Origin: a virus
Strand: one strand, 5' to 3'
DNA: 64,000 bases
Virus record (IMG/VR): IMGVR_UViG_3300032285_001029
Coordinates: 77,856 to 141,855 of that record
Part shown: piece by piece, positions 48,203-57,558 of the stretch
How the letters are laid out: the number at the start of each line of letters is the position of its first letter
How positions within the stretch are numbered: position 1 is the first letter of the stretch
Program-made: the position numbers and the translations under genes
Notes under the pieces: generated by a model
The model's input: only the letters and a program-made list of their open reading frames with translations
What the model was told of the DNA's origin: nothing
Databases searched by the model: none

Positions 48203-49720
48203 ATGCCATATACAATCAATCATTACGTTGGAAGTCAAATAGTTGTAGTTGCCGACGGTACAGTCGATCAATCAACATCGTTAAAGTTAGTTGGTAAAAA
48301 CTACGCAGGTTACGGTGAAATTCAAAACGAAAACTTCGTATATCTCTTAGAAAATTTTGCTAGTCCTAGTCCAGGACCGTCGAATCCTATGCCAGGCCAA
48401 TTATGGTTTGATACGGCAAACAATAAATTAAATTTTTATGATGTTAATAAACGCTGGAGAACTACAGGAGGATCTGCAACTAGTACCACGGCACCTACAG
48501 GACTAGTAACTGGAGATTTTTGGTTCGATACCTCTAACAATCAGTTGTATGTTTGGAATTCATCACCTTCGCCTGGAAAATTCATTCTAGTAGGACCAGA
48601 AGGAGTTCCTGGATCAGGAGTCACTCAGATGATTTCCGCCAGTGTTGTAGATACTAGTTCAACTTCTCATACTGTTATTAAAGCAGTCGTAAACGATCAA
48701 GTGGTGTTTATTGTTAATCAAGATTCTGCATTTACACTTAAGAGTGATGTTAACACTATAACAGGATTTTCGACTATACAGCAGGGTATTACTTTAGCTT
48801 ATACAGATAATAATGCAGAGCCTGGCCAAACTACAAATAACTATCGATTCTGGGGAACAGCAAGTAATTCAGACTTATTAGGTGGATATAGTCCAACGGA
48901 TTACGTATTATCAGCTCAGCCTACGTTTAATGCTCAAGTACATTTTACTAATGATGGATTTACAGTTGGAAATCCTGAACGTTTAACTGTTAATATTATA
49001 GGTGGAACACCTACTATTACAAATAGTCTAACAGATACTATTAATTTTAACACTTATACCACTCAACAAGTAACTCCATTAAAATTAGTAGGTACAACTA
49101 TTCAACCAGGCGGTAATGCAAATGATATTGGTACAATTTCTAATCCCTGGAGAACTGTATATGCTACCGCTTTTAGTGGTGGTCCTGCAACTCAAGCAGA
49201 TACTTTAAAAGTAGGAAGCAATTATGTTGCATCTTCTACTAGTGCTAATGCTAACACAATCGTTGCTAGAACTAACGGCACTCAAGTAATAAATGGTGTG
49301 TCATGTACGCCAGGATCTGTTGCAGCAACATACTTTATTGGCACAGCAACTGCCGCATTGTATGCTGACTTAGCAGAAAAGTATCTTGCAGATGCAGAAT
49401 ATCCGGTTGGTACAGTGATTGCAGTAGGCGGCGATGCAGAAGTTACTGCTGCAAATTTTGGAGATAATCCAATTGGCGTAGTAAGCGCAAGTCCTGCTTA
49501 TTTGATGAACAGCGAATTAGAGGGTGGAACAGCCATTGCACTAAAGGGTCGAGTACCTGTTTTAATGACAGGACCAATTAATAAAGGCGAACAAGTTATT
49601 GCACACGATAACGGTATTGCTAGTTCGATATCAGAAGGGCCAAATGAAGCAGTATTTGCTATATCATTAGAATCTAACTATGAAACTGGAACCAGACTAG
49701 TGGAATGTGTGGTACTTTAA
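48203..49720 (+). CDS. Tail fibre (paralog 4) with C-terminal intramolecular-chaperone-like (peptidase G2-type) domain
   Basis: Same N-terminus; YADLAEKY..D..Y..GTV...IGVVS..PAYLMN...ALKGRVPV. Confidence 0.8.
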   Translation: MPYTINHYVGSQIVVVADGTVDQSTSLKLVGKNYAGYGEIQNENFVYLLENFASPSPGPSNPMPGQLWFDTANNKLNFYDVNKRWRTTGGSATSTTAPTGLVTGDFWFDTSNNQLYVWNSSPSPGKFILVGPEGVPGSGVTQMISASVVDTSSTSHTVIKAVVNDQVVFIVNQDSAFTLKSDVNTITGFSTIQQGITLAYTDNNAEPGQTTNNYRFWGTASNSDLLGGYSPTDYVLSAQPTFNAQVHFTNDGFTVGNPERLTVNIIGGTPTITNSLTDTINFNTYTTQQVTPLKLVGTTIQPGGNANDIGTISNPWRTVYATAFSGGPATQADTLKVGSNYVASSTSANANTIVARTNGTQVINGVSCTPGSVAATYFIGTATAALYADLAEKYLADAEYPVGTVIAVGGDAEVTAANFGDNPIGVVSASPAYLMNSELEGGTAIALKGRVPVLMTGPINKGEQVIAHDNGIASSISEGPNEAVFAISLESNYETGTRLVECVVL

Positions 49721-49722
49721 TT

Positions 49723-49730
49723 TATAAATA
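49723..49730 (+). promoter_or_regulatory. Late promoter TATAAATA
   Basis: Exact T4 consensus upstream of ATG 49752. Confidence 0.75.
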
Positions 49731-49751
49731 GTTCAGATGATCGGATAGAAT

Positions 49752-51080
49752 ATGACACAGTACAGCGCAATACAAAGAACAGAGTACAACACAATTCAAG
49801 CACAAGTAGCTAAAGTGTTAGGATCAACATCTTCGCAAGTTACTTTTGGTGCAACAGATGACGATTATGGATATGGACAGACAGTTAGTAGTTCTCAAGT
49901 TCCGGCCAACACACTTATTACAGCAAAACAGTGGAATGATCTAACTAACGATGTACTGAGATGTTTGTGGCATCAGACTGCTATAGATAAGAGCGGAGTT
50001 TTTGTTAGTTCAGGTAGTGTCAATGGCGACCCTGTTACAAGCGGATATCCATATTATCAAACTGTAAATACCACTGCTACTGCTACAGCAGTTACTACAA
50101 ACTATATTACAGTTGGAACGACAGTAAACATGCGTCAAGGGATGACAATTGTTTTTACAGGTACGAATTTTGGAAATTTAGTTTCTGGTTTTACTTACTA
50201 TATTTTAACTGTTGTAAATAGCACACAAATCACAATTACAAATGCACCGTTATCGAATTCTTCTACAGCACTTGTACTAATAACAGCAACAGGATCCATG
50301 ACTGTAGTAGCAGGCGGAACGCTGGGACAGTTTATTCTTGATGTAGACAGATCTAATTTATACGCATATACAATTAGCGGCAATGCTGCAAATATTAGTA
50401 CAAACAGATTAGTTAAACCTAGTTCTGGTGTTGGAGTAACTTATCCTCAAGCATCGCTATATCAGTATGCAGTTAATAACCAATTACCTGCTGTACATAT
50501 TGCACCTTTTACTGGGCAAATTGCACATACAATAACTGTTGCATTTGGTAGTCATGCCGCTGCTAGATATTTCTTTAACGCAGGCGGACGTATTATATTC
50601 AATGCATCTTGTTCAGGTTATACAATAGCAAATCCAGGTTATGCATTAGATGCCACTTGGACATCTATGTTTAATGCTATGGATACTTATTACTTTGCTG
50701 CTAGAACAACGGGAATTACAGGAACTGCTACGCCCGCAGGCGGAGGCGGTCCTGGTACAACATATTCTGCAGATAATTATGGATTTTATGGTTTAAGTAC
50801 GAGTCCTGCAACCGTTTTTAGTTTATATGCACCTAGTAGTAGTGTATATCATGCTATTAATTATGATATTGATGCGTATTATGATCGTAATGGTAATTTA
50901 TATTTTACTGTTCGATTCAATGATGCGTATACTGCAACCCCTCCCTGGGGTATTACAGAATCTACAGACGGAGTAATCACTAGTTTTATTAGTGCATATT
51001 ATCCTAACGGACTAGATGCAAACGGAAATACTACTGTAACGCTACCATATCCATCGGCAAGTTCTACCCAACTAGCTTAA
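49752..51080 (+). CDS. Virion structural protein (fibre-associated)
   Basis: GYGQ, ITAKQWN.L, ARYFFNAGG motifs; Thr-rich inserted beta domain. Confidence 0.65.
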   Translation: MTQYSAIQRTEYNTIQAQVAKVLGSTSSQVTFGATDDDYGYGQTVSSSQVPANTLITAKQWNDLTNDVLRCLWHQTAIDKSGVFVSSGSVNGDPVTSGYPYYQTVNTTATATAVTTNYITVGTTVNMRQGMTIVFTGTNFGNLVSGFTYYILTVVNSTQITITNAPLSNSSTALVLITATGSMTVVAGGTLGQFILDVDRSNLYAYTISGNAANISTNRLVKPSSGVGVTYPQASLYQYAVNNQLPAVHIAPFTGQIAHTITVAFGSHAAARYFFNAGGRIIFNASCSGYTIANPGYALDATWTSMFNAMDTYYFAARTTGITGTATPAGGGGPGTTYSADNYGFYGLSTSPATVFSLYAPSSSVYHAINYDIDAYYDRNGNLYFTVRFNDAYTATPPWGITESTDGVITSFISAYYPNGLDANGNTTVTLPYPSASSTQLA

Positions 51081-51148
51081 TCACTTTAAGTCTTCCTTTA
51101 AAAAACAACAGATAACTAAAGTAACGTAACACATTACTGAGGTTATCT

Positions 51149-51499
51149 ATGGATGAACGTATTGAAAAAGCATTTGCAGTAGCCAATTATATGGCTACTT
51201 TGTCAAATCAGAGAAGATTAATATCAGAAGAGTTTAATCAAAAACTAATTTATTATACTAATGGTGGAACTTTTAAGATCACACCGGAATTAATAAATTT
51301 TACGAAAACTATTATCGATTCTGGTTATACAGATCAAGTTCCTTTTCTAGATTCTAATAATTTCCCTGTTGTAATCGATAATGTAACTGACTTTTTTGAT
51401 AGTATCTTGTCTTCATATATGGAATCGTTAAACGAGTATTCTGTTAAATTTTCAGATATAAAATCAAAAAGAAAAATTAAGGATATTGTAGATCTATGA
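51149..51499 (+). CDS. Hypothetical protein, first gene of glycosyltransferase cluster
   Basis: GAGG SD; ATGA overlap with the next gene. Confidence 0.7.
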   Translation: MDERIEKAFAVANYMATLSNQRRLISEEFNQKLIYYTNGGTFKITPELINFTKTIIDSGYTDQVPFLDSNNFPVVIDNVTDFFDSILSSYMESLNEYSVKFSDIKSKRKIKDIVDL

Positions 51500-52341
51500 C
51501 AAAAGGCTGTGTAATTTTTGCACAAAACAATTCTGAAATAGATTACATTAAACTAGCAGTGTATGCAGCTGATCGTGTAATTAAATTTTTAGAAATCCCT
51601 GTTAGTATTGTAACCGATAATAAAAACTGGTTAATTGATAATTATCCTGATCATCGGTTCGATCAGATCATTGAAATAACTAATGAGGCTGCTGATAAAA
51701 AGAATTTTTACGATGGATCATTGAATTATAAAACAGTTGATTGGAAAAACGCAACTAGATCTAGAGTATTCGAACTCACACCTTATGATAAGACTCTAGT
51801 TATAGATAGTGATTATATAATTAGTTCTAAAAATTTAAAAATTGCATTTGAAAATGATTATGATTTTCAAATTTTTAGAAATAGTTTTGATATAGTAGGT
51901 TGGCGAAAGTTAAATGAATTTAACAGAATTAATCAATACTCTGTACCCTTTTATTGGGCAACTGTATTTGTTTTTGAAAAAAATATTGTAACAGAATCCT
52001 TTTTTGACTTAGTTACTTACATAAAGCACAATTGGAAATATTTTAGAGTCTTATATAATGTAGATACTGCTACTTATAGAAATGATATTTCTTTTAGTAT
52101 TGCTATCAACATAATGAATGGTAAAACAAACGGCGAATTCGCAATAGATCTTCCAGGAAAGAAGTTTTATACTATTGATAGAGATGTGTTAATTAGCATT
52201 GATAATACTCAATTAAAGTTTTTAATTGAAAAAGAGCGATCAAGGGGCGAATATTTACTAGCTAGTATTGCTGATGTCGATGTGCATGTTATGAATAAAT
52301 TCAGTTTATCAAGAGTAATCGACGGAGAAAAGATTGTCTAA
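51496..52341 (+). CDS. GT-A fold glycosyltransferase-like (GT8-like)
   Basis: TPYDKTLVIDSD (DxD), YWATVFVF, RND, HVMNK. Confidence 0.7.
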   Translation: MTKGCVIFAQNNSEIDYIKLAVYAADRVIKFLEIPVSIVTDNKNWLIDNYPDHRFDQIIEITNEAADKKNFYDGSLNYKTVDWKNATRSRVFELTPYDKTLVIDSDYIISSKNLKIAFENDYDFQIFRNSFDIVGWRKLNEFNRINQYSVPFYWATVFVFEKNIVTESFFDLVTYIKHNWKYFRVLYNVDTATYRNDISFSIAINIMNGKTNGEFAIDLPGKKFYTIDRDVLISIDNTQLKFLIEKERSRGEYLLASIADVDVHVMNKFSLSRVIDGEKIV

Positions 52342-53182
52342 AGGATTTTTAGTAATCGCTCAAAATAATGCAGATACTGACTATGTAAAGCAGGCCTATG
52401 CATTAGCATTAAGCATACGATATAGTCAAATCAATATTAAATCTGTATCTGTAATTACTAATGATATAGTACCTGACAAATATAAAACAGTCTTTGATAA
52501 CATAATTCCAATTCCATTTAATGATGATGCATTAAATGCAGGGTGGAAAGTAGAAAATCGTTGGAAGTTGTTTCATGCTTCACCGTACGATGAAACAATT
52601 GTGTTAGACACTGACATGTTAGTATTGGAAGATCTTTCTGCTTGGTGGAATTATTGTCAAAGTTATGATTTGCGATTCTGTTCAAGAGTTATTAACTATA
52701 AAAAAGAAGTTATCGATAAAGACATTTATCATAGACAAACATTTATACAAAATCAACTGTCAAATCCTTATTTTGCACTACATTATTTTAAGAAATCTGA
52801 TTTAGCCTATGAATTTTATAAAGTCTTAGAATTTGTCTGTAATAATTGGGAATGGTGCTGGACTACCTTTGCACCAGAATACTATCAAAAATGGTTAAGT
52901 ATGGACTTAGCCGCCGCAGTTGCAATTGAAATAATGGGATGCCATGATCAAGTATTTGATCAAGCAGGGCCTCTTGAATTTATACACATGAAAGCTGCAC
53001 TTCAAAATTGGTTTCCTCGACAGATTAGTTGGCAAGATACGGTGCCATTTGTTCTAAACACTAAAGGGGATCTAATAGTAGGTAATATGAAACAAAGCAA
53101 ATTATTTCATTATGTTGAAAAAGATTTTTTAACAGATAATGTTTTACAAAGATTAGAATGGTTGAGTCATGGGACGACGTAA
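52334..53182 (+). CDS. GT-A fold glycosyltransferase-like (GT8-like), paralog of previous gene
   Basis: TTG start with GGAG SD; SPYDETIVLDTD (DxD), FIHMK, FHYVEK. Confidence 0.72.
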   Translation: MSKGFLVIAQNNADTDYVKQAYALALSIRYSQINIKSVSVITNDIVPDKYKTVFDNIIPIPFNDDALNAGWKVENRWKLFHASPYDETIVLDTDMLVLEDLSAWWNYCQSYDLRFCSRVINYKKEVIDKDIYHRQTFIQNQLSNPYFALHYFKKSDLAYEFYKVLEFVCNNWEWCWTTFAPEYYQKWLSMDLAAAVAIEIMGCHDQVFDQAGPLEFIHMKAALQNWFPRQISWQDTVPFVLNTKGDLIVGNMKQSKLFHYVEKDFLTDNVLQRLEWLSHGTT

Positions 53183-53768
53183 AAAGCCAGTTAAATTTAA
53201 AATTCAATTTTATATCTATTATGATAAAAAGACGGGCGATGTTTATCATGTAACTCATACTCGACCCGGCGATGAAGAATCTGCATTAGAAATTTCACTT
53301 GACGATGCAAATCGATTTTTAAGCGGTGAATATAGATTCTCTGACTATAGTGTAGGATATAATCGCACAGCTGACAATAAAATAGTTTTAGGATTGATTA
53401 AAAAGTTAGATCAGGGATATTTGCTTCGAAATAATTTGCATGAATGGATTATAGAAAATGATATTTTAAATCCTGATTGTTTAGTAGAATGGAATTATAC
53501 GGATAAGTCTTGGTATTTTAGCCTTTCTGAAGATTGTAAATTAGAATTAGCTAATGTACTAATAGTTTCTAAATTAGTATTTTTTGTAACGTTAGAAACA
53601 GATTTTGACTTTTTAGTTAGAACAATTGTTGTGGACACAAATGAAGCAATGACAAAACAGTTTGTTCAAGTGCCGTTTGAAACAAATTTAGAGATAAAAA
53701 TTGATAAAATATCAATTTCCTCCTCCATTGTTTTTAAATCATATAAGTTGAAAGTTATAAATGAGTAA
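53169..53768 (+). CDS. Hypothetical protein within glycosyltransferase operon
   Basis: 199-aa ORF overlapping both neighbours. Confidence 0.7.
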   Translation: MGRRKKPVKFKIQFYIYYDKKTGDVYHVTHTRPGDEESALEISLDDANRFLSGEYRFSDYSVGYNRTADNKIVLGLIKKLDQGYLLRNNLHEWIIENDILNPDCLVEWNYTDKSWYFSLSEDCKLELANVLIVSKLVFFVTLETDFDFLVRTIVVDTNEAMTKQFVQVPFETNLEIKIDKISISSSIVFKSYKLKVINE

Positions 53769-54657
53769 AATTAAAGTTATTGAACAGGATATCATCTTTC
53801 TTAGTTATGATGAACCGAATGCAGAAAAACACTATGCCGATTTGCTTACTAAAGCACCGTGGGCTAAACGTGTTCATGGAATCGAAGGTAGTGATGCTGC
53901 ACATAAAGCCTGTGCAGCATTAAGTGATACTGAATATTTTGTTACTGTTGATGCAGATAACATCATCGATCCAAGTTTTTTAGAAGTTGAGATTGATTTA
54001 GAAAAGTTAGGATTAACGGGCGATCATGTTTTCAGCTGGTGCGGTCGTGTTTTTGTAAATGAACTTATGTACGGCAATGGCGGACTCAAGATGTGGACAC
54101 GAGAGTTTGTTAATAATATGCGCACACATGAAAATTCAGATCCTAATGATACTAAAGGTCGTGTTGAATTTTGTTTTGATGATAGATATTATCAGTTTAA
54201 TGAGAACTATTCCACCAGCTATACTAATGCAACCGCCTTTCAAGCATGGAGAGCAGGCTTTAGAGAAGGTGTAAAAATGAGTTTAGACCAAGGATCTAAG
54301 GTACCTGATATTAAAAAGATATGGTGGCAAAATTATCAACGGTTGCTTGTTTGGTGTAGCGTGGGCAGAGATGTTCAAAATGGATTGTGGTCAATTTATG
54401 GAGCCAGGGAAGGTGCTTATTTGACTAATTGTACCGAATGGGATTATTCAAATGTTCGTGACTTTAAATGGCTTACGGATCAATGGAATATTAAGTATAG
54501 TCATCTTGAATTTGGAGAATTAGTAGATGAAGTTTCTCGTCTTGGATACAAGCTTAGAAATGAATGTGGATTAGAAGTTGCTGAACTCAATGAGGATTCA
54601 AATAAATTTTTTAGAAAAGTATACCATAACACTCCGAGGATAGTTCGTCGTGTATGA
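53761..54657 (+). CDS. GT-A fold glycosyltransferase-like (GT2-like)
   Basis: DIIFLSYDEPNA, RVHGIEG..AAH, YFVTVDAD (DxD), YGNGGLK, AWRAGFREGVK. Confidence 0.72.
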   Translation: MSKIKVIEQDIIFLSYDEPNAEKHYADLLTKAPWAKRVHGIEGSDAAHKACAALSDTEYFVTVDADNIIDPSFLEVEIDLEKLGLTGDHVFSWCGRVFVNELMYGNGGLKMWTREFVNNMRTHENSDPNDTKGRVEFCFDDRYYQFNENYSTSYTNATAFQAWRAGFREGVKMSLDQGSKVPDIKKIWWQNYQRLLVWCSVGRDVQNGLWSIYGAREGAYLTNCTEWDYSNVRDFKWLTDQWNIKYSHLEFGELVDEVSRLGYKLRNECGLEVAELNEDSNKFFRKVYHNTPRIVRRV

Positions 54658-55339
54658 TATAGTTTTTATTAGCTACAATGAATCAAATGCAGATGAAAAT
54701 TTTAAAACTCTACAAAAGCGATTTCCTTTAGTAAAACGTGTACATGGTATAAAAGGAATCCATCAAGCACATATTGCAGCAGCACGTAAAAGTTTTACCA
54801 AGATGTTTTGGGTAGTTGACGGTGATGCACAAGTTCTTAACACATTTAATTTTGATTATATTGTTCCAGAATATGAATTAGACCATGTATTTGTTTGGCG
54901 AAGTCGTAATCCAGTTAATGATTTGGAGTATGGCTACGGTGGAGTAAAATTGTTGCCAAAAAAACTAGTAGTAGGATTAGATACTAGCACTATAGATATG
55001 GCTACATCAATTAGTAAGAATTTTAAAGCAATGTCAGAAGTTAGTAATATTACAGCATTTAATACAGATTCATTTAGTTCCTGGCGTAGTGCGTTTCGAG
55101 AATGTTGTAAACTAGCTGTTACTAACAATGAAGAATCTTTATCTAGATTAGAGAGATGGTGTATTTTAAATAATGCTGCAGCTTATGGGTTTCATGCTTA
55201 CATAGGAGCATTAGCAGGCAGAAATTATGGAGAAAAAAATGCCTCCGATAAAGAGGCACTTTCTTTAATTAATAACTTCGAATGGTTACATAGTCAATTT
55301 ACGATTCAATCAGAGATGCTGTCAACGGAAAAATCTTAG
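54650..55339 (+). CDS. GT-A fold glycosyltransferase-like (GT2-like), paralog of previous gene
   Basis: GTG start; DIVFISYNESNA, RVHGIKG..QAH, FWVVDGD, YGYGGVK, SWRSAFRECCK. Confidence 0.72.
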   Translation: MYDIVFISYNESNADENFKTLQKRFPLVKRVHGIKGIHQAHIAAARKSFTKMFWVVDGDAQVLNTFNFDYIVPEYELDHVFVWRSRNPVNDLEYGYGGVKLLPKKLVVGLDTSTIDMATSISKNFKAMSEVSNITAFNTDSFSSWRSAFRECCKLAVTNNEESLSRLERWCILNNAAAYGFHAYIGALAGRNYGEKNASDKEALSLINNFEWLHSQFTIQSEMLSTEKS

Positions 55340-55982
55340 TAATAGCTTCAGCACACGCCTTTGCAACTTCTTGATGTTCCTTTTGTGTTCCGTTAGCACT
55401 ACGTAACTCAATAAAATGTATCCAGCTACGTAAGGTCCCATTCATGTATAATTTACTTTCAATAAAACCTTCTGGTAACACAGCTCTAGCTTGTTCCTTA
55501 GCAATACCTGCAGCAATTGCATCATCGTATGCCCTACGTGCAGTCTCAATAACTCGATTTTGAATTTGCTCCCACTGATAAGCAATAAATCTATGTTGAT
55601 CATTAGCAGGATCTAATTCTATGCTATTTTGCCTGTTCTTTTCATCTTGTAATCGAGCTTCGCGTGTTACAAAATTTAAGTCTTTAGTTGGATCTGCATA
55701 GCGTTGACTAAATTCTTGAAAACTAAAACTTCGATGACGTAAAATCTGTCTAGCAATATCTCTAGTAGTGGTAATTTCTATACAAGCTGATACCATTTCT
55801 AAAGGGCTCCAGTGTGCATGTTTAATCAAATATCTGATTAATTTTTCCGAAGTCTCTGTATTGAATTGATTCGATGGATTACTTACTCTTGCGCAGAATG
55901 CAATTAATTCCTGCGCATCATAAATTCCTTGATTCTGATATTCAGTAGTAGGTGCAGAATAAGATACTAAATTTACTTTCAT
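55299..55982 (-). CDS. thyX: Flavin-dependent thymidylate synthase
   Basis: HWSPLE, RHRSFSFQEFSQRY ThyX motif, EQARAVLP, TQKEH. Confidence 0.96.
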   Translation of the reverse strand: MKVNLVSYSAPTTEYQNQGIYDAQELIAFCARVSNPSNQFNTETSEKLIRYLIKHAHWSPLEMVSACIEITTTRDIARQILRHRSFSFQEFSQRYADPTKDLNFVTREARLQDEKNRQNSIELDPANDQHRFIAYQWEQIQNRVIETARRAYDDAIAAGIAKEQARAVLPEGFIESKLYMNGTLRSWIHFIELRSANGTQKEHQEVAKACAEAITKIFPLTASLIES

Positions 55983-56299
55983 AATTTACGTTTTTTTAAG
56001 AATTTACTTGTGCCATCTTCTACATGTTTCTTTAAAAGAACCATGTCTAATTTAAAATCAATATTATCAATTTTAGGTTCGTATGTACTGCACAGGTCAG
56101 ACAAGGATTTTTCAAAGGCAACCCAACCTTCTTTCTTGGTCTGTGCAGATATTTTTATTTCCCAAGTTTTGCCATCTTTAAAGTTCACTAAAACAGAATG
56201 TAGATACCTAATAGGCATCACATTCAGCTGAATATCGCTGAATATTTCTGGCCAATGTGCAATGACTTCCTTGGGAAGGATTCTTCCCGATTTAGCCAC
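55979..56299 (-). CDS. Hypothetical protein
   Basis: 106-aa ORF with GTG start, coupled to thyX. Confidence 0.65.
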   Translation of the reverse strand: MAKSGRILPKEVIAHWPEIFSDIQLNVMPIRYLHSVLVNFKDGKTWEIKISAQTKKEGWVAFEKSLSDLCSTYEPKIDNIDFKLDMVLLKKHVEDGTSKFLKKRKL

Positions 56300-56307
56300 T
56301 ATAAAGA

Positions 56308-56958
56308 CTATGCTTTCTTTTTAATAGGAACTAAGTCTTCAGCCATACGTCGATATTGTGCTGCTTGTTTTGCTAACTTATCTGCCTGACTGCGATAAAA
56401 TTTAGCAGCAACATCGGGACTAGCATTAGGTCCTGGTTCCACTATTTCAGATTCGTCTGAATTTATACTTGCTGATGTTGTCCTGGTAACATCGTTTTGC
56501 ACTAGCTTGTTAGCAGCTTCTGCAACACTTGGTTCACCGAGATCGCGTGTTCTTGGTACATCTTTTACAGCAGGTTTAATAGACAAATCATCAATAGCTA
56601 TACCTCGTTGTTCTGCAATAATCTGATTTAATTCAGATAGTAGAACAGCCGCACCTGGTGCAGGAATCATCTCTACATCACTAGTTGAAATTTTAATAAA
56701 CTTACCTAATCGATGCAACGCATGCAGCATATTATAACCATCTGGTGTTTGCACACGATCCATTGCTTCTGCAAATTCGTATGCTTCCTGTCCAGCAGCA
56801 CTTTCAACTGCTCCGATTAGTGCAGTGTGGTAGCTGTCAGTTAACCCTTCTGTTGGGATAACCAAAGCTGAGTATGCATCACCAGGCAGTGTTCTATAAG
56901 CAACAACCACACGCTTTCCAGTAGATTTAATACGACCTACGTGTTTTAAGTTAGCCAT
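56308..56958 (-). CDS. Hypothetical protein
   Basis: 216-aa ORF with AAGGA SD. Confidence 0.75.
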   Translation of the reverse strand: MANLKHVGRIKSTGKRVVVAYRTLPGDAYSALVIPTEGLTDSYHTALIGAVESAAGQEAYEFAEAMDRVQTPDGYNMLHALHRLGKFIKISTSDVEMIPAPGAAVLLSELNQIIAEQRGIAIDDLSIKPAVKDVPRTRDLGEPSVAEAANKLVQNDVTRTTSASINSDESEIVEPGPNASPDVAAKFYRSQADKLAKQAAQYRRMAEDLVPIKKKA

Positions 56959-56971
56959 GGAATTTTCCTTA

Positions 56972-57217
56972 TTATTGGGCTGGTGTTTGTGCAGCGGCAG
57001 ATTGTTTTGCTACTGAATCTAAGAATGATTCTAATTTGGTATAAGTTTGTCCAACAGCCATCATTTCGTTTGGTTTAAAGGCACCTCTTGAACTGGCGAT
57101 ATCGATGATAGTTTTCATCGCATTCAAATCATTAATAGTTAGCTCATTTGAAGCAGGTTGTGCAGGTGCAGCAGGTTGCTCATTTGTTGGATTTTCTGTT
57201 TGTACAGAGTCGGTCAT
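56972..57217 (-). CDS. Hypothetical protein
   Basis: 81-aa ORF with AGGAG SD; IIDIASSRGAFK core. Confidence 0.75.
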   Translation of the reverse strand: MTDSVQTENPTNEQPAAPAQPASNELTINDLNAMKTIIDIASSRGAFKPNEMMAVGQTYTKLESFLDSVAKQSAAAQTPAQ

Positions 57218-57270
57218 GTTTGTTCTCCTTGTAATTAGTAGTTAATCGCTGTAGGCAATCGACATATTAA

Positions 57271-57558
57271 TTATCTTATATTGATATAAGGACAGGCAAT
57301 TGTGAAGAAACTAAGTTCTTTTTCGGATTCAAAACCGACTTTTGTTGTGTATACAATGACGTTATTATTATCTAATGATAAGTGTCGTCCAATGTAGTAT
57401 CTGTTGTTTAAGTTTTCATAGATCCAGTTATTCAACTGGTCCATATATAAAGGGGAAGATCTTTCCAATATAATGTATTTGAAATGCGGAGCGCCAAATG
57501 AGACTCTCCGCAAATCAAAATAATTAAGTGGATTTGGCTTTCCGTGTTTAAGTGCCAT
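57271..57558 (-). CDS. Hypothetical protein
   Basis: 95-aa ORF, TAATG-coupled to the VWA gene. Confidence 0.7.
   Translation of the reverse strand: MALKHGKPNPLNYFDLRRVSFGAPHFKYIILERSSPLYMDQLNNWIYENLNNRYYIGRHLSLDNNNVIVYTTKVGFESEKELSFFTIACPYINIR

Noticed and set aside
46641-48367. Diversity-generating retroelement TR/VR pair
   Set aside because: Differences are mostly synonymous and not adenine-specific, the repeats are at gene 5' ends, and no RT is present.
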